Positions 46,922 to 57,014 of a stretch of 64,000 nt of DNA are shown piece by piece. Source of the stretch: an uncultured Rikenellaceae bacterium (GTDB taxonomy: Bacteria > Bacteroidota > Bacteroidia > Bacteroidales > VadinHA17); the NCBI GenBank assembly GCA_964472085.1, contig CAYYIW010000013.1, forward strand, positions 1,288-65,287, read 5' to 3'. Positions within the stretch are counted from its first letter, which is position 1, and the number at the start of each line of letters is the position of its first letter. The notes beneath the pieces are model-generated. The model worked only from the letters and a program-made list of their open reading frames with translations, was not told the origin of the DNA and made no database searches. A program made the translations under genes and the position numbers.

Positions 46922-47966
46922 GAACATATCAAAGAAGCTGGGCGAGTTTCACCTTACTGATATCAGCATCGAGATACCTGATGGTACTTACTATGTACTT
47001 CTGGGTCGTTCCGGTTCGGGAAAAACCCAGCTTCTTGAACTTATTGCAGGACTTAACAAGCCGGATTCGGGAGAGATATGGCTCGATGGTGATAATATTA
47101 CAGCTGACAGGATACAGGGAAGAGGAACAGGACTGGTCTTCCAGGATTATGCCATATTCCCAAATATGACGGTATTCGGCAATATAGCCTATTCTTTGAA
47201 TGCCAACAGAACTGAAAGGACTGGAATGCGCAGGAGAGTGGAGAGCGTGGCACGGGAGCTGAACATACTCCATCTGCTTGACAGGGATACCCATCACCTC
47301 TCGGGCGGTGAACTGCAGAGGGTGGCTCTGGCCCGTACCCTTATAACACGACCCAAATTACTCCTCCTTGATGAACCAATGGCTTCAATCGATGCCAGTC
47401 TGAAGGATGACATAAAACGGTTGCTTAGAAACCTTAACAGGAAGGGACTGACAATAATCCATGTTACACATGATTACCGTGAAGCGGTAAGTCTTGCTAC
47501 CAAGGTAGGTGTAATCCATAACGGGAAAATTATACAGGAAGGAAAAACGGATGAGGTCTTCAGAAGGCCTGTAAACAGGTTTGTGGCCAGGTATTCAGGT
47601 ATCAGGAATTTCTACAGGGTCACCTTCAGGAAGGAGTCAGGGAACTGGGAAGCAGTATGCAATGACGGGCTTACTTTCCTGATGTCCGAAGATGAATATC
47701 CGGAAACAGGTCTTATGATCTTAAGGAGTGATGATATAAAAATATTGCATGAAGGACCATCAAATGGTGAAGATAATTGTTTTAAAGGTAAAGTGACAGA
47801 AATACTGCCCTCTGAATATGGAATGGAGATAACAGTGGATACGGGTGAAGTTTTTTATGTTGATGTCTCTGCAGACACATTTAAAGAATACCCGGTATAT
47901 GAAAATTCTGAGGTGTGGATCTCGTTCAGCAGGAAGGCAGGTGTCGCCCTTCATGGAACCAGTTGA
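46908..47966 (+). CDS. ABC transporter ATP-binding protein with C-terminal TOBE-like domain (ModC/WtpC-like)
   Basis: Walker A GRSGSGKT, signature LSGGELQR and Walker B LLLLDEP. The ATG at 46908 (MLTLKNIS) is preferred over the track start at 46833. Confidence 0.9.
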   Translation: MLTLKNISKKLGEFHLTDISIEIPDGTYYVLLGRSGSGKTQLLELIAGLNKPDSGEIWLDGDNITADRIQGRGTGLVFQDYAIFPNMTVFGNIAYSLNANRTERTGMRRRVESVARELNILHLLDRDTHHLSGGELQRVALARTLITRPKLLLLDEPMASIDASLKDDIKRLLRNLNRKGLTIIHVTHDYREAVSLATKVGVIHNGKIIQEGKTDEVFRRPVNRFVARYSGIRNFYRVTFRKESGNWEAVCNDGLTFLMSEDEYPETGLMILRSDDIKILHEGPSNGEDNCFKGKVTEILPSEYGMEITVDTGEVFYVDVSADTFKEYPVYENSEVWISFSRKAGVALHGTS

Positions 47967-47992
47967 AAACGAAAAATAAAATATATAAATAA

Positions 47993-49174
47993 ATGGGAAT
48001 TATATCATTTGAAGAAGCATATGAAACAGTAATGAATTCGGCATTTAGTGTCGGAGGAGAAACTGTTCCTTTTACCGGGTCGCTTAACAGGATACTGGAA
48101 GACAGTGTGACAAGTGACACTGATCTGCCTCCCTTTAACAGGGCGACAGTGGACGGGTATGCATGTCGAAGGGAAGATCTGGGCAATGAACTTGATATCC
48201 TGGAGATTATTCCGGCAGGTAAAACACCTTCAGAGACAGTAAGAGAAAACCAGTGTTCAAAGATCATGACCGGGGCAGTTGTACCGGAGGGAGCCGATAC
48301 GGTATTTATGGTTGAGGATTCGGAAATAACAGTATCGGGAAGAGTCAGGTTCACAGGTTCTTTTACCAAAGAAAATATTTCATTAAGGGGGGAGGATATA
48401 AAAAGCGGGGACACTGTACTCATAAAAGGGACACTGATCAAACCACAGGATATCGCAATTATGGCGACAGTGGGATGCGCAAGGGTCAGGGTGAGCCGAA
48501 AAATAAGGATAGCTGTTATCAGCTCAGGTGATGAACTGGTTGAGCCTTCTGAGAAACCAGGTCCTGAATATATAAGGAATTCCAATGCCTACCAGCTGAT
48601 GGCTCAGATAGACAAAACAGGGGCTGCAGGGAAATACTTTGGTATAGTAAGGGATAATGAGGAAGAGACATTAAAAATTCTTAAGGAAGCACTTTATGAC
48701 AGCGATTTAGTGATCATTACAGGAGGAGTATCTATGGGCGATTTTGACTTTGTACCTTCTGTAATGGAGAGAGCCAATATAAAGATATTATTCTCAAGGG
48801 TAAGGGTACAACCCGGGAAACCCACAACCTTCGGTGTACACAGCAATGCCCTGGTGTTTGGATTACCCGGCAACCCCGTATCGTCCTTTGTCCAGTTTGA
48901 ACTGCTGGTCAGGCCTCTGTTATATAAGATGATGGGGCACGATTACAAACCGCTGGTTCTTCCTTTGCAGATGAGGAGGGTATTTTCCCGTAAGGCCGCT
49001 GATCGTATGGGATGGATACCCGTCAGAACAACTGATGAAGGCAATGTGGAGCCGGTTGTGTACCACGGTTCGGGTCATATTGCATCACTTGCTGAAACGG
49101 ATGGTCTTGTTGCATTACAGATTGGAAAACATAAAATAGAAAAGGGGGAAGTAGTAAGTGTACGATTCTTATAA
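47993..49174 (+). CDS. moeA: Molybdopterin molybdenum/tungsten transferase
   Basis: MoeA pattern: PPFNRATVDGYA, TGAVVPEGADTV, ITGGVSMGDFDF and QPGKPTTFG. Confidence 0.9.
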   Translation: MGIISFEEAYETVMNSAFSVGGETVPFTGSLNRILEDSVTSDTDLPPFNRATVDGYACRREDLGNELDILEIIPAGKTPSETVRENQCSKIMTGAVVPEGADTVFMVEDSEITVSGRVRFTGSFTKENISLRGEDIKSGDTVLIKGTLIKPQDIAIMATVGCARVRVSRKIRIAVISSGDELVEPSEKPGPEYIRNSNAYQLMAQIDKTGAAGKYFGIVRDNEEETLKILKEALYDSDLVIITGGVSMGDFDFVPSVMERANIKILFSRVRVQPGKPTTFGVHSNALVFGLPGNPVSSFVQFELLVRPLLYKMMGHDYKPLVLPLQMRRVFSRKAADRMGWIPVRTTDEGNVEPVVYHGSGHIASLAETDGLVALQIGKHKIEKGEVVSVRFL

Positions 49175-49958
49175 CAGGAAGATAAATTATCTTCGTATAT
49201 CGGTCACCGACCGCTGTAACCTGAGGTGTACATATTGTATGCCTGAAGAGGGGATTAAGCTGCTACGGCATGAAGATATCCTTTCTTATAATGAAATCAG
49301 GGATTTCACAGCTTTTGCAGTATCGGAAGGGATAAACAAGGTAAGGATCACGGGCGGTGAGCCGCTGGTCAGAAAAAACGTTGTAGCGCTGGTGGAGATG
49401 TTAGCAGCCATTAAAGGATTAAGTGACCTTTCAATGACCACCAATGGTATCTTATTGAAAGAATATGCCGCAGACCTGAAAGAAGCAGGTCTTATGAGAA
49501 TCAATATCAGCCTGGATACCCTCGATCCGGGAAAGTTCAAAAGTATTACAAGGACGGGCAATATCAATGATGTCATTGAAGGTATAATAGCAGCCAGGGA
49601 AACCGGTCTGTACCCGATAAAGATAAATTGCGTTATTGAGAATTCAAGGAATGAACCTGATGCATTGGCGGTTAACCGGTTCTGTCAGGAAAACGGGTTG
49701 GAATTAAGGTATATACGGCAGATGGACCTGGTAAAAGGACATTTTTATACTGTTGAAGGAGGTACAGGGGGGAATTGTTCAATATGCAACAGGTTAAGAT
49801 TAACCGCTAACGGGCGACTCAAACCATGCCTGTTCAGTAACCTGGAATATAATATCAGGGAGTTGGGGTATAAAAAAGCACTGGCACAGGCTCTGGAGCA
49901 TAAACCTAAATGCGGAACTGTTAACAGTACAGGAGCTTTTTATAATATTGGAGGATAA
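49158..49958 (+). CDS. moaA: GTP 3',8-cyclase (compact MoaA)
   Basis: Radical-SAM YLRISVTDRCNLRCTYC, second-cluster Cys residues (CSICNRLRLTANGRLKPC) and a C-terminal GG. GTG start overlaps the moeA end by 17 nt. Confidence 0.85.
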   Translation: MYDSYNRKINYLRISVTDRCNLRCTYCMPEEGIKLLRHEDILSYNEIRDFTAFAVSEGINKVRITGGEPLVRKNVVALVEMLAAIKGLSDLSMTTNGILLKEYAADLKEAGLMRINISLDTLDPGKFKSITRTGNINDVIEGIIAARETGLYPIKINCVIENSRNEPDALAVNRFCQENGLELRYIRQMDLVKGHFYTVEGGTGGNCSICNRLRLTANGRLKPCLFSNLEYNIRELGYKKALAQALEHKPKCGTVNSTGAFYNIGG

Positions 49959-49988
49959 TATGACCTTTAAAATCAAAATTATTTACAG

Positions 49989-50435
49989 ATGAAACAACTG
50001 ACTCATACCGATGAAAAGGGAAAAGCAACTATGGTTGATGTGGGCGACAAGGTAATCCGGGAAAGAATTGCACGCGCAAAGGGTCATATCACACTGGCAG
50101 CCGAAACTATCAAACTTATACAGGAAAATCAGATTAAGAAAGGCGATGTTCTTACTGTAGCACAGCTCGCGGGAATAAGTGCCGCAAAGGAGACCTCCTC
50201 ACTTATCCCTCTGTGCCATAATATAGTACTCGATAATGTGAGGGTGAATATGGCTATAGATAAAACTGGTGTGGTTGCTGAGAGCCAGGTAAGGTGTTCA
50301 GGCAAAACGGGTGTTGAAATGGAGGCCCTGACCGCTGTCAGCATAGCCCTTCTTACTGTCTGGGATATGTGCAAGGCAGTAGACAGTAATATGAATATTG
50401 ATAACGTAACACTTCTGGAGAAAATTAAGAGATGA
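49989..50435 (+). CDS. moaC: Cyclic pyranopterin monophosphate synthase
   Basis: Motifs KGDVLTVAQLAGI, AKETSSLIPLCHN and GVEMEALTA. Confidence 0.95.
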   Translation: MKQLTHTDEKGKATMVDVGDKVIRERIARAKGHITLAAETIKLIQENQIKKGDVLTVAQLAGISAAKETSSLIPLCHNIVLDNVRVNMAIDKTGVVAESQVRCSGKTGVEMEALTAVSIALLTVWDMCKAVDSNMNIDNVTLLEKIKR

Positions 50436-50944
50436 ACCTGCCTGATAAACTTGACATACTGATCATTACCCTCAGCGACAGGGCCTACAAAGGCGAGTAT
50501 AAGGACCTAAGCGGTCCCATGGTTAAGGAAAAGGCGGAGTCATTCCTGTCCGTATCCGGGCTTAAGGGTAAGATTGAAATAGTTGTCTTGCCTGATGATG
50601 CCGGCATGCTTGAGAATCTGCTTCATAGATCCGTACCGGACTATAATATAATTATTACAACAGGTGGCACCGGTATAGGTCCGAGAGACATAACAGTGGA
50701 AACTGTCAGGCCAATGCTTACTAAAGAAATACCGGGTATTATGGAGTTTATAAGGGTAAAGTACGGCATGGAGAAGCCCAATGCACTTCTTAGCAGGGGG
50801 GTAGCTGGTATAATAAACAATACACTTGTATATACAATTCCCGGTTCGGTGCGGGCTGCCGGAGAGTATATGGATGAAATATTAAAGACTGTTGATCATA
50901 CGATCCAGATGCTCTATGGCATCGATACCCATCAGAAACATTAG
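50432..50944 (+). CDS. MogA/MoaB-family molybdenum cofactor biosynthesis protein
   Basis: TTGGTGIGPRD motif. ATGA overlap with moaC. Confidence 0.85.
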   Translation: MNLPDKLDILIITLSDRAYKGEYKDLSGPMVKEKAESFLSVSGLKGKIEIVVLPDDAGMLENLLHRSVPDYNIIITTGGTGIGPRDITVETVRPMLTKEIPGIMEFIRVKYGMEKPNALLSRGVAGIINNTLVYTIPGSVRAAGEYMDEILKTVDHTIQMLYGIDTHQKH

Positions 50945-52290
50945 TTACTCATATTATTAAGGGTATTGGCAATAGCTGTACCTATTACCCTGTCGTAACG
51001 TTCAAGTGGATTTCTGTAATAGATAAGTACTATATAATCATTCTCTGTCTCATAATGGTTACCTTCAAATATTCCCGAAGTGCCATATTTTTCCCCTTTT
51101 TTCAGAAATTCATACTCATAGTTGTACCAGCCCTGTTTCAGTAACATGGTACATTCGTACTGTTTCCCGCTCTCGTTATATGTCATTATATTATTGCTAT
51201 TGTTTTCCCAGTCATTAAGAGCACCCGCCACATATACATTTCCATCCTTCAACATGTAAGCAGAGAGAAGGGTGAAATACACATTAACATAATCTGCCTC
51301 TATATCAGGTCTCTTACCTTCCTGGAATGCAATATAGTACTTGCCGTTAAAATCCTTCCAGTAAAAGTAAGGCTTGAACTCACGGTTCTCCGAGGGGTAC
51401 AGGTAAACATTATACCTGCCCATAGCATAATCGATGCTCTTCACATATTCACTCTGGTACCGGATACTTTTAATATCAAAATATCGGAATTCATTTCCGC
51501 CGGGGAATATATTTTTATCCGACAGGCTATTGTATTTTAACTCTCCGTTGCCATAAAAGTCAGGCTTAAGGTTTCTTTTATCGTTATCCCATCTGCCGTT
51601 TTGCAGGATGAAGGCATATATGTTCAAATACGGATTTGTTATATTGTAGCCTGTATAGTCGACTGTAAAATCCACCTGCTGGTGGGTATTGGTTTCATTT
51701 GTCATCATCGGCCGGTGGGCATCGATATTTATCCGCACAGCATCTTCGGTTATAATGAATCTCCGTGTTATAACGGGTTTTTCAGGTGTATCATAGGGGT
51801 ATACAACAAGGATGTAGTTACCTGAAAGGTTAAAAGATACCATATCGTTGGGAAAAGTAAGGCTGTAATGGAAATAGTTCACAGTAGTGTTAAAAGATGC
51901 CTGGTAGTCATCAACAGGATTGTCGGGAAATCCTGAAAGATATTCATTCTTAAAGATATCGGATTTGTTCCAGTCTTTATCGCAATGAATGAATGTGTAA
52001 TAATAAGACTGTGACTGGTTTGCAAGAAGATCAAATCCCAGGACAAGCTTATCATCACTGTGCAGTTTGATTATCGGGTATGATAAGTTCCATCCTTCTT
52101 TATACAGCTGAACAGTTTTTATTTTTTCAGAAAATATATGATCGGTACGGAGAAGAGAATCTTGTTTATTTTGTTGGGCATTCAGCGTCATTGAGCTAAT
52201 TATGACTATTATAACGCTAAAGGATGTACGTGTTAAAAATGTTAAAAAATAACCGGTTTGTCTAAACAGATCAGTTTCCTTTCTGAACAT
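50941..52290 (-). CDS. Secreted hypothetical protein, possibly DUF5103 / T9SS-plug-like family (assignment from memory, unverified)
   Basis: N-terminal signal-like segment. The C-terminal region resembles a glycogen/starch-binding-type beta-sandwich (VYVAGALNDWENN...YECTMLLKQGWYNYEYEF). Confidence 0.45.
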   Translation of the reverse strand: MFRKETDLFRQTGYFLTFLTRTSFSVIIVIISSMTLNAQQNKQDSLLRTDHIFSEKIKTVQLYKEGWNLSYPIIKLHSDDKLVLGFDLLANQSQSYYYTFIHCDKDWNKSDIFKNEYLSGFPDNPVDDYQASFNTTVNYFHYSLTFPNDMVSFNLSGNYILVVYPYDTPEKPVITRRFIITEDAVRINIDAHRPMMTNETNTHQQVDFTVDYTGYNITNPYLNIYAFILQNGRWDNDKRNLKPDFYGNGELKYNSLSDKNIFPGGNEFRYFDIKSIRYQSEYVKSIDYAMGRYNVYLYPSENREFKPYFYWKDFNGKYYIAFQEGKRPDIEADYVNVYFTLLSAYMLKDGNVYVAGALNDWENNSNNIMTYNESGKQYECTMLLKQGWYNYEYEFLKKGEKYGTSGIFEGNHYETENDYIVLIYYRNPLERYDRVIGTAIANTLNNMSN

Positions 52291-52391
52291 TTATTCTAAT
52301 TTTATATATTAGCTGATTCGTTATAAACTATAAAATTATATAAATGTTGTATCATATTTGACACTTTTATACAAATATGACAATGTATTTA

Positions 52392-52399
52392 TACTTTTG
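52392..52399 (+). promoter_or_regulatory. Candidate -7 box TACTTTTG upstream of nqrA
   Basis: Matches TAnnTTTG and ends 61 nt before the nqrA ATG. Confidence 0.4.
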
Positions 52400-52460
52400 T
52401 ACTTCTTTTGTTAACAAATTAACAGTACGAACTGGTTTCAAACAGTTATAACATAATAAT

Positions 52461-53813
52461 ATGTCATCATCAATTAGACTTAAAAGAGGACTTGACATCA
52501 AAATTGAAGGGAAAGCAGATAAGGTTCTGGTTCCTGAATATCATTCCGCTCTTTATGGGGTAAAGCCCGTGGATTTCCCTGGTCTGACACCTAAACTGGA
52601 AGTTAAACCCGGTGATTCAGTAATGGCAGGGACGCCTCTTTTTCATGATAAACTAAGGCCCGGGATAAAATTTGTATCTCCTGTAAGCGGCACGGTAGCC
52701 GGGGTTATCAGGGGCGACAGGCGTAAGTTGCTTGAAGTTACGGTGAAAAAGGAAGGAGATGATTTTGTGTCATTTGGTAAAGCAGATCCGGCAGATCTTT
52801 CTTCTGAAAAGATCAGTGAAGCTTTGCTTAATGCAGGACTATGGCCGGCAATACGACAGAGGCCGTATCATATAATAGCAAATCCTGCTGTCAGGCCTAA
52901 ATCAATTTTTATTTCTGGTTTTGACAGTTCTCCCCTGGCTCCTGATTACAGCTTCATTGCAGAGAATTCATCAGAGGCTTATTTCAGGAAAGGTCTGAAG
53001 GCTCTCGGGAAACTGACAGATGGAAAGATAAACCTTGTTCTTAATGGAAAGGAAGAGGCACCGGAAATACTGAAAGGAGCTGAAGGAGTTGAGATATCTT
53101 ATTTCTCAGGCCCTCATCCTTCCGGTAATATAGGTATCCATATACATCATCTTGATCCGGTTAATAAAGGTGAGATTGTCTGGTATGTCAACCTGCAGGA
53201 TGTATTTGCTATCGGAAGACTTTTTGAAGAAGGGGTATACAATCATGAGCGTATAGTTGCCCTTGCGGGCTCAGAGGTCATAAAAAAAGGTTACTACAGG
53301 GTGCGTTCAGGAGCTTCAGTGACTGAAATGGTCAATAATAATGTAAAGGAGGGGCATCTTCGTTACATAAGCGGGAATGTGCTTACAGGATCACGGATAG
53401 AGGCAGATGGGTATATAGGCTATTATGATTCGCTGGTAACTGTTATACCTGAAGGGGATTATTTTGAGTTTTTCGGATGGATCAAACCTGGATTAAATAA
53501 ATACAGTTTCTCGAAGACATTCCTTTCAAGCCTGATTCCGCGGAAGAGTTATCGTCTCGATACAAATTTCCATGGAGGTGAGAGAGCTTTTGTGATCACA
53601 GGCAAGTATGAGAAAGTGGTTCCGATGGATATTTATCCCATGCAACTGTTAAAAGCTATACTTGCGGAGGATATAGATATGATGGAGAACCTTGGAATAT
53701 ATGAGATAGCAGAAGAAGATTTTGCATTGTGTGATTTTATTTGTCCTTCCAAGATAGAGATACAGTCGATTGTAAGGAAGGGTCTTGACCTGATGGTCAG
53801 AGAGATGAGTTAA
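52461..53813 (+). CDS. nqrA: Na+-translocating NADH:quinone oxidoreductase subunit A
   Basis: 450 aa with the N-terminus IRLKRGLDIKIEGKA. First gene of the canonical nqrABCDEF order. Confidence 0.9.
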   Translation: MSSSIRLKRGLDIKIEGKADKVLVPEYHSALYGVKPVDFPGLTPKLEVKPGDSVMAGTPLFHDKLRPGIKFVSPVSGTVAGVIRGDRRKLLEVTVKKEGDDFVSFGKADPADLSSEKISEALLNAGLWPAIRQRPYHIIANPAVRPKSIFISGFDSSPLAPDYSFIAENSSEAYFRKGLKALGKLTDGKINLVLNGKEEAPEILKGAEGVEISYFSGPHPSGNIGIHIHHLDPVNKGEIVWYVNLQDVFAIGRLFEEGVYNHERIVALAGSEVIKKGYYRVRSGASVTEMVNNNVKEGHLRYISGNVLTGSRIEADGYIGYYDSLVTVIPEGDYFEFFGWIKPGLNKYSFSKTFLSSLIPRKSYRLDTNFHGGERAFVITGKYEKVVPMDIYPMQLLKAILAEDIDMMENLGIYEIAEEDFALCDFICPSKIEIQSIVRKGLDLMVREMS

Positions 53814-53834
53814 TAACCTGAGATAAAATATATA

Positions 53835-55010
53835 ATGGATTCTTTACGAAAGAAGATAGATAAGATCAAACCACATTTCACAGAAGGTGGTAAGTTTGGT
53901 AAATTACGTTCTGTATTTGAAGGATTTGAGTCTTTCCTTTATGTTCCGGACAAGGTAACGTTCAAGGGTTCTCATATACGCGACAGTATTGATATGAAGC
54001 GTACAATGATGGTAGTTATTATTGCCCTGCTCCCTGCCTTTCTGTTCGGATCATACAATGTGGGCCTGCAGTATTTCAGGTCAGTAGGGGGAGAGGCAAC
54101 AATCCTGCAGATGTTCTGGTTCGGGTTCCTGAAGATACTTCCGCTTGTCATTGTCAGCTATGTTGTCGGACTTGGTATCGAGTTTATATCGGCCCAGATC
54201 AGGGGACATGAGATCAATGAAGGATTTCTTGTTACCGGACTTCTTATTCCTCTTATCATGCCAGTTGATGTTCCCCTGTGGATGCTTGCACTGGCAACGG
54301 CTTTTGCTGTTATAATAGGGAAGGAGGTATTTGGAGGAACAGGGATGAATGTTTTTAACCCTGCTCTTATGGCCAGGGCATTTCTCTTTTTCAGCTATCC
54401 GGGCTGGATGACAGGTGATAAGGTATGGATAGCAGGACTTATGAAAGGAAAAGATGTAATTGACGGTTTTTCAGGGGCAACACCTCTGTCGTTATGTGCT
54501 GCCGGTAATACATCACACCTGCCTTCGTTCCTCCATATGTTTATAGGCACCATTCCCGGATCCGTAGGTGAGACTTCAACACTGGCCATACTCATAGGTG
54601 CTCTTATTCTGATAATGACAGGAGTTGGAAGCTGGAAGATAATAGTAAGTGTATTTGCCGGTGGTTTTGGTATGGGTTTGTTACTGAATGCTTTTGCCGT
54701 CAATCCTTTTATGGAGGTTCCCGCTTATTATCATTTTGTGATGGGAGGATTTGCTTTTGGTGCTGTCTTTATGGCCACTGACCCGGTATCAGGATCACAG
54801 ACTGAGAGAGGTAAATGGATCTACGGCTTTCTTATTGGTGTGCTGTCTGTACTCTTCCGGGTGGTAAACCCTGCATATCCCGAAGGCGTTATGCTGGCGA
54901 TACTGCTAATGAATGCATTTGCACCGCTGATAGACTACTTCGTTATCCAGTCGAGCATTAAAAAGAGGCTTAAACGTGCTAAACTCGCAACAAACAATAT
55001 TGTAAGATGA
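53835..55010 (+). CDS. nqrB: Na+-NQR subunit B
   Basis: Polytopic membrane protein with the GFSGATPL FMN-attachment region and FMATDPVS. Confidence 0.9.
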   Translation: MDSLRKKIDKIKPHFTEGGKFGKLRSVFEGFESFLYVPDKVTFKGSHIRDSIDMKRTMMVVIIALLPAFLFGSYNVGLQYFRSVGGEATILQMFWFGFLKILPLVIVSYVVGLGIEFISAQIRGHEINEGFLVTGLLIPLIMPVDVPLWMLALATAFAVIIGKEVFGGTGMNVFNPALMARAFLFFSYPGWMTGDKVWIAGLMKGKDVIDGFSGATPLSLCAAGNTSHLPSFLHMFIGTIPGSVGETSTLAILIGALILIMTGVGSWKIIVSVFAGGFGMGLLLNAFAVNPFMEVPAYYHFVMGGFAFGAVFMATDPVSGSQTERGKWIYGFLIGVLSVLFRVVNPAYPEGVMLAILLMNAFAPLIDYFVIQSSIKKRLKRAKLATNNIVR

Positions 55011-55708
55011 AACAGTTCAGTAACAGATATATATTCATTTTTTCCTCTATTATGGTGATTCTCGTGGCAACACTTCTTTCCCTTGCTGCCACAGTTCTGC
55101 AGCCTCTGCAGCAGAAGAACCTTGAAATTGAGAAGAAGAAAAGCATGCTTGAGTCTATCGGTGTGCCATCAACACGAAAGACGACAGAATCGTTATATGC
55201 CAGGCATATAACATCAAGTTTTGTTCTTAATGATAAAGGAGAAGAAGTTCCGGGTATTGATGCATTCAATGTTGATCTCAGTATTGAACAAAAGAAACCT
55301 CTTGACCAGCAATACTTTCCTGTTTTCAGGGCTACTGCCGATAACGGTGACAGTGTCGTTATACTGCCTGTCAGGGGAAAAGGCCTGTGGGGTCCGATAT
55401 GGGGATATATATCGCTGAAATCGGATATGAACACTATATACGGGGCGACTTTTGATCATCAGGGGGAGACTCCCGGACTGGGTGCTGAGATAAGCACTCC
55501 CCCATTTGAGAATATGTTCCCTGGCAAGAAGATTTATGAGGGTGATAAATTTGTCTCCATAGATGTGGTTAAAGGAGGGGCTAAACCTAATGATCCTCAT
55601 GGTGTAGATGCAATTTCAGGAGGGACCTTAACAAGTAAGGGCCTTCAGAATATGCTATATGATTGTCTCGGAAAATATAACACATGGCTTTTAAAAAACA
55701 GAAAATAG
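55007..55708 (+). CDS. nqrC: Na+-NQR subunit C
   Basis: Single N-terminal TM and the FMN-binding motif DAISGGTLTSKG. Confidence 0.9.
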   Translation: MKQFSNRYIFIFSSIMVILVATLLSLAATVLQPLQQKNLEIEKKKSMLESIGVPSTRKTTESLYARHITSSFVLNDKGEEVPGIDAFNVDLSIEQKKPLDQQYFPVFRATADNGDSVVILPVRGKGLWGPIWGYISLKSDMNTIYGATFDHQGETPGLGAEISTPPFENMFPGKKIYEGDKFVSIDVVKGGAKPNDPHGVDAISGGTLTSKGLQNMLYDCLGKYNTWLLKNRK

Positions 55709-55716
55709 TATAGTAT

Positions 55717-56370
55717 ATGAGTACCAAGGAAAAAGAGCCGTTATTCTCGGCAAAAAATTTAAGGATCTTTACCGCACCGCTGAGTAAGGAAAATCCTATT
55801 ACTGTACAGGTTCTGGGTATATGTTCTGCCCTGGCAATAACAGTAAAGCTTAAACCCGCCCTGGTTATGGCTTTGTCTGTAACCATCGTGGTTGCTGTAT
55901 CAAACGTTGTTGTTGCAGCGATGAGAAAACTTATTCCTGAAAGGATCAGGATAATTGTACAACTTGTGGTTATTGCTACCATGGTTATCCTGGTCGACCA
56001 GTCCCTGAAGGCATTCGCTTTCGATGTGAGCAAACAGCTGTCTGTCTTTGTCGGTCTTATAATCACCAACTGTATCATCATGGGCCGGCTTGAAGCATTT
56101 GCCATGGCAAATAAACCGTGGCCTTCATTTATCGACGGACTGGGAAATGGTGCCGGGTATGGTATAATATTGATAATTGTTGCCTTCTTCAGGGAACTGC
56201 TGGGATCAGGGACTGTCTATGGTTACCCCGTGATGACAAAACTTGGTTTCTATTCAACTGGTTATCATAATAACGGTCTCATGATCCTGCCTCCGATGGC
56301 ACTGATCACAGTTGGAATAATTATATGGGTACAACGTAGCAGGAATAAAAGTCTGATCGAGAAAAAATAG
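55717..56370 (+). CDS. nqrD: Na+-NQR subunit D
   Basis: Motifs QVLGICSALAIT, LIITNCIIMGRLEAFA and DGLGNGAGY (RnfE/NqrD family). Confidence 0.9.
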   Translation: MSTKEKEPLFSAKNLRIFTAPLSKENPITVQVLGICSALAITVKLKPALVMALSVTIVVAVSNVVVAAMRKLIPERIRIIVQLVVIATMVILVDQSLKAFAFDVSKQLSVFVGLIITNCIIMGRLEAFAMANKPWPSFIDGLGNGAGYGIILIIVAFFRELLGSGTVYGYPVMTKLGFYSTGYHNNGLMILPPMALITVGIIIWVQRSRNKSLIEKK

Positions 56371-56380
56371 ACAATAAATT

Positions 56381-56998
56381 ATGGAACATCTGTTAAATAT
56401 ATTTGTAAAGTCGATCTTTATCGACAACATGGTCTTTGCCTTTTTTCTGGGAATGTGCTCATTCCTGGCTGTGTCGAAGACTGTCAAGACATCTATCGGA
56501 CTTGGTATTGCAGTGGTATTTGTACTGTTGATCACCACCCCGGTTAACTTTCTTGTAGAACATTATATACTCAATAAAGGAGCGCTGTCGTGGCTTGGTA
56601 AAGGATTTGCCGATGTCGATCTCAGCTTTCTTACCTTCATGGTCTTTATAGCCGTTATTGCGGCTATGGTCCAGCTGGTTGAGATGATCGTTGAGAAGTT
56701 CAGCCAGTCATTATATAATTCACTTGGTATCTTTCTCCCGCTGATCGCTGTGAACTGCGCAATACTGGGAGCTTCACTCTTTATGCAGGAACGTGAATAC
56801 CAGACATTGGGTGAAGCTACTGTTTTTGGATTGGGCTCAGGAATAGGCTGGATGCTTGCAATAGTCAGTGTAGCTGCGATCCGTGAGAAACTCGCGTATA
56901 GTAATGTGCCTGATCCGCTTAAGGGACTTGGCATAACTTTCATTCTGACAGGCCTGATGGCAATTGCATTTATGGGATTTATGGGAATTAAACTATAA
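56381..56998 (+). CDS. nqrE: Na+-NQR subunit E
   Basis: RnfA/NqrE pattern: [12 protein letters not shown] and [10 protein letters not shown]. Confidence 0.9.
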   Translation: MEHLLNIFVKSIFIDNMVFAFFLGMCSFLAVSKTVKTSIGLGIAVVFVLLITTPVNFLVEHYILNKGALSWLGKGFADVDLSFLTFMVFIAVIAAMVQLVEMIVEKFSQSLYNSLGIFLPLIAVNCAILGASLFMQEREYQTLGEATVFGLGSGIGWMLAIVSVAAIREKLAYSNVPDPLKGLGITFILTGLMAIAFMGFMGIKL

Positions 56999-57014
56999 AA
57001 GAAATTTTTTGATT

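Noticed and set aside
47926-48585. 219-aa minus-strand ORF
   Set aside because: It lies entirely antisense to moeA, whose translation carries clear MoeA motifs. The antisense product is Ser/Thr/Pro/Ile-rich low-information sequence, typical of a shadow ORF.
55587-56105. 172-aa minus-strand ORF
   Set aside because: Antisense across the nqrC/nqrD junction. The nqr genes are unambiguous.
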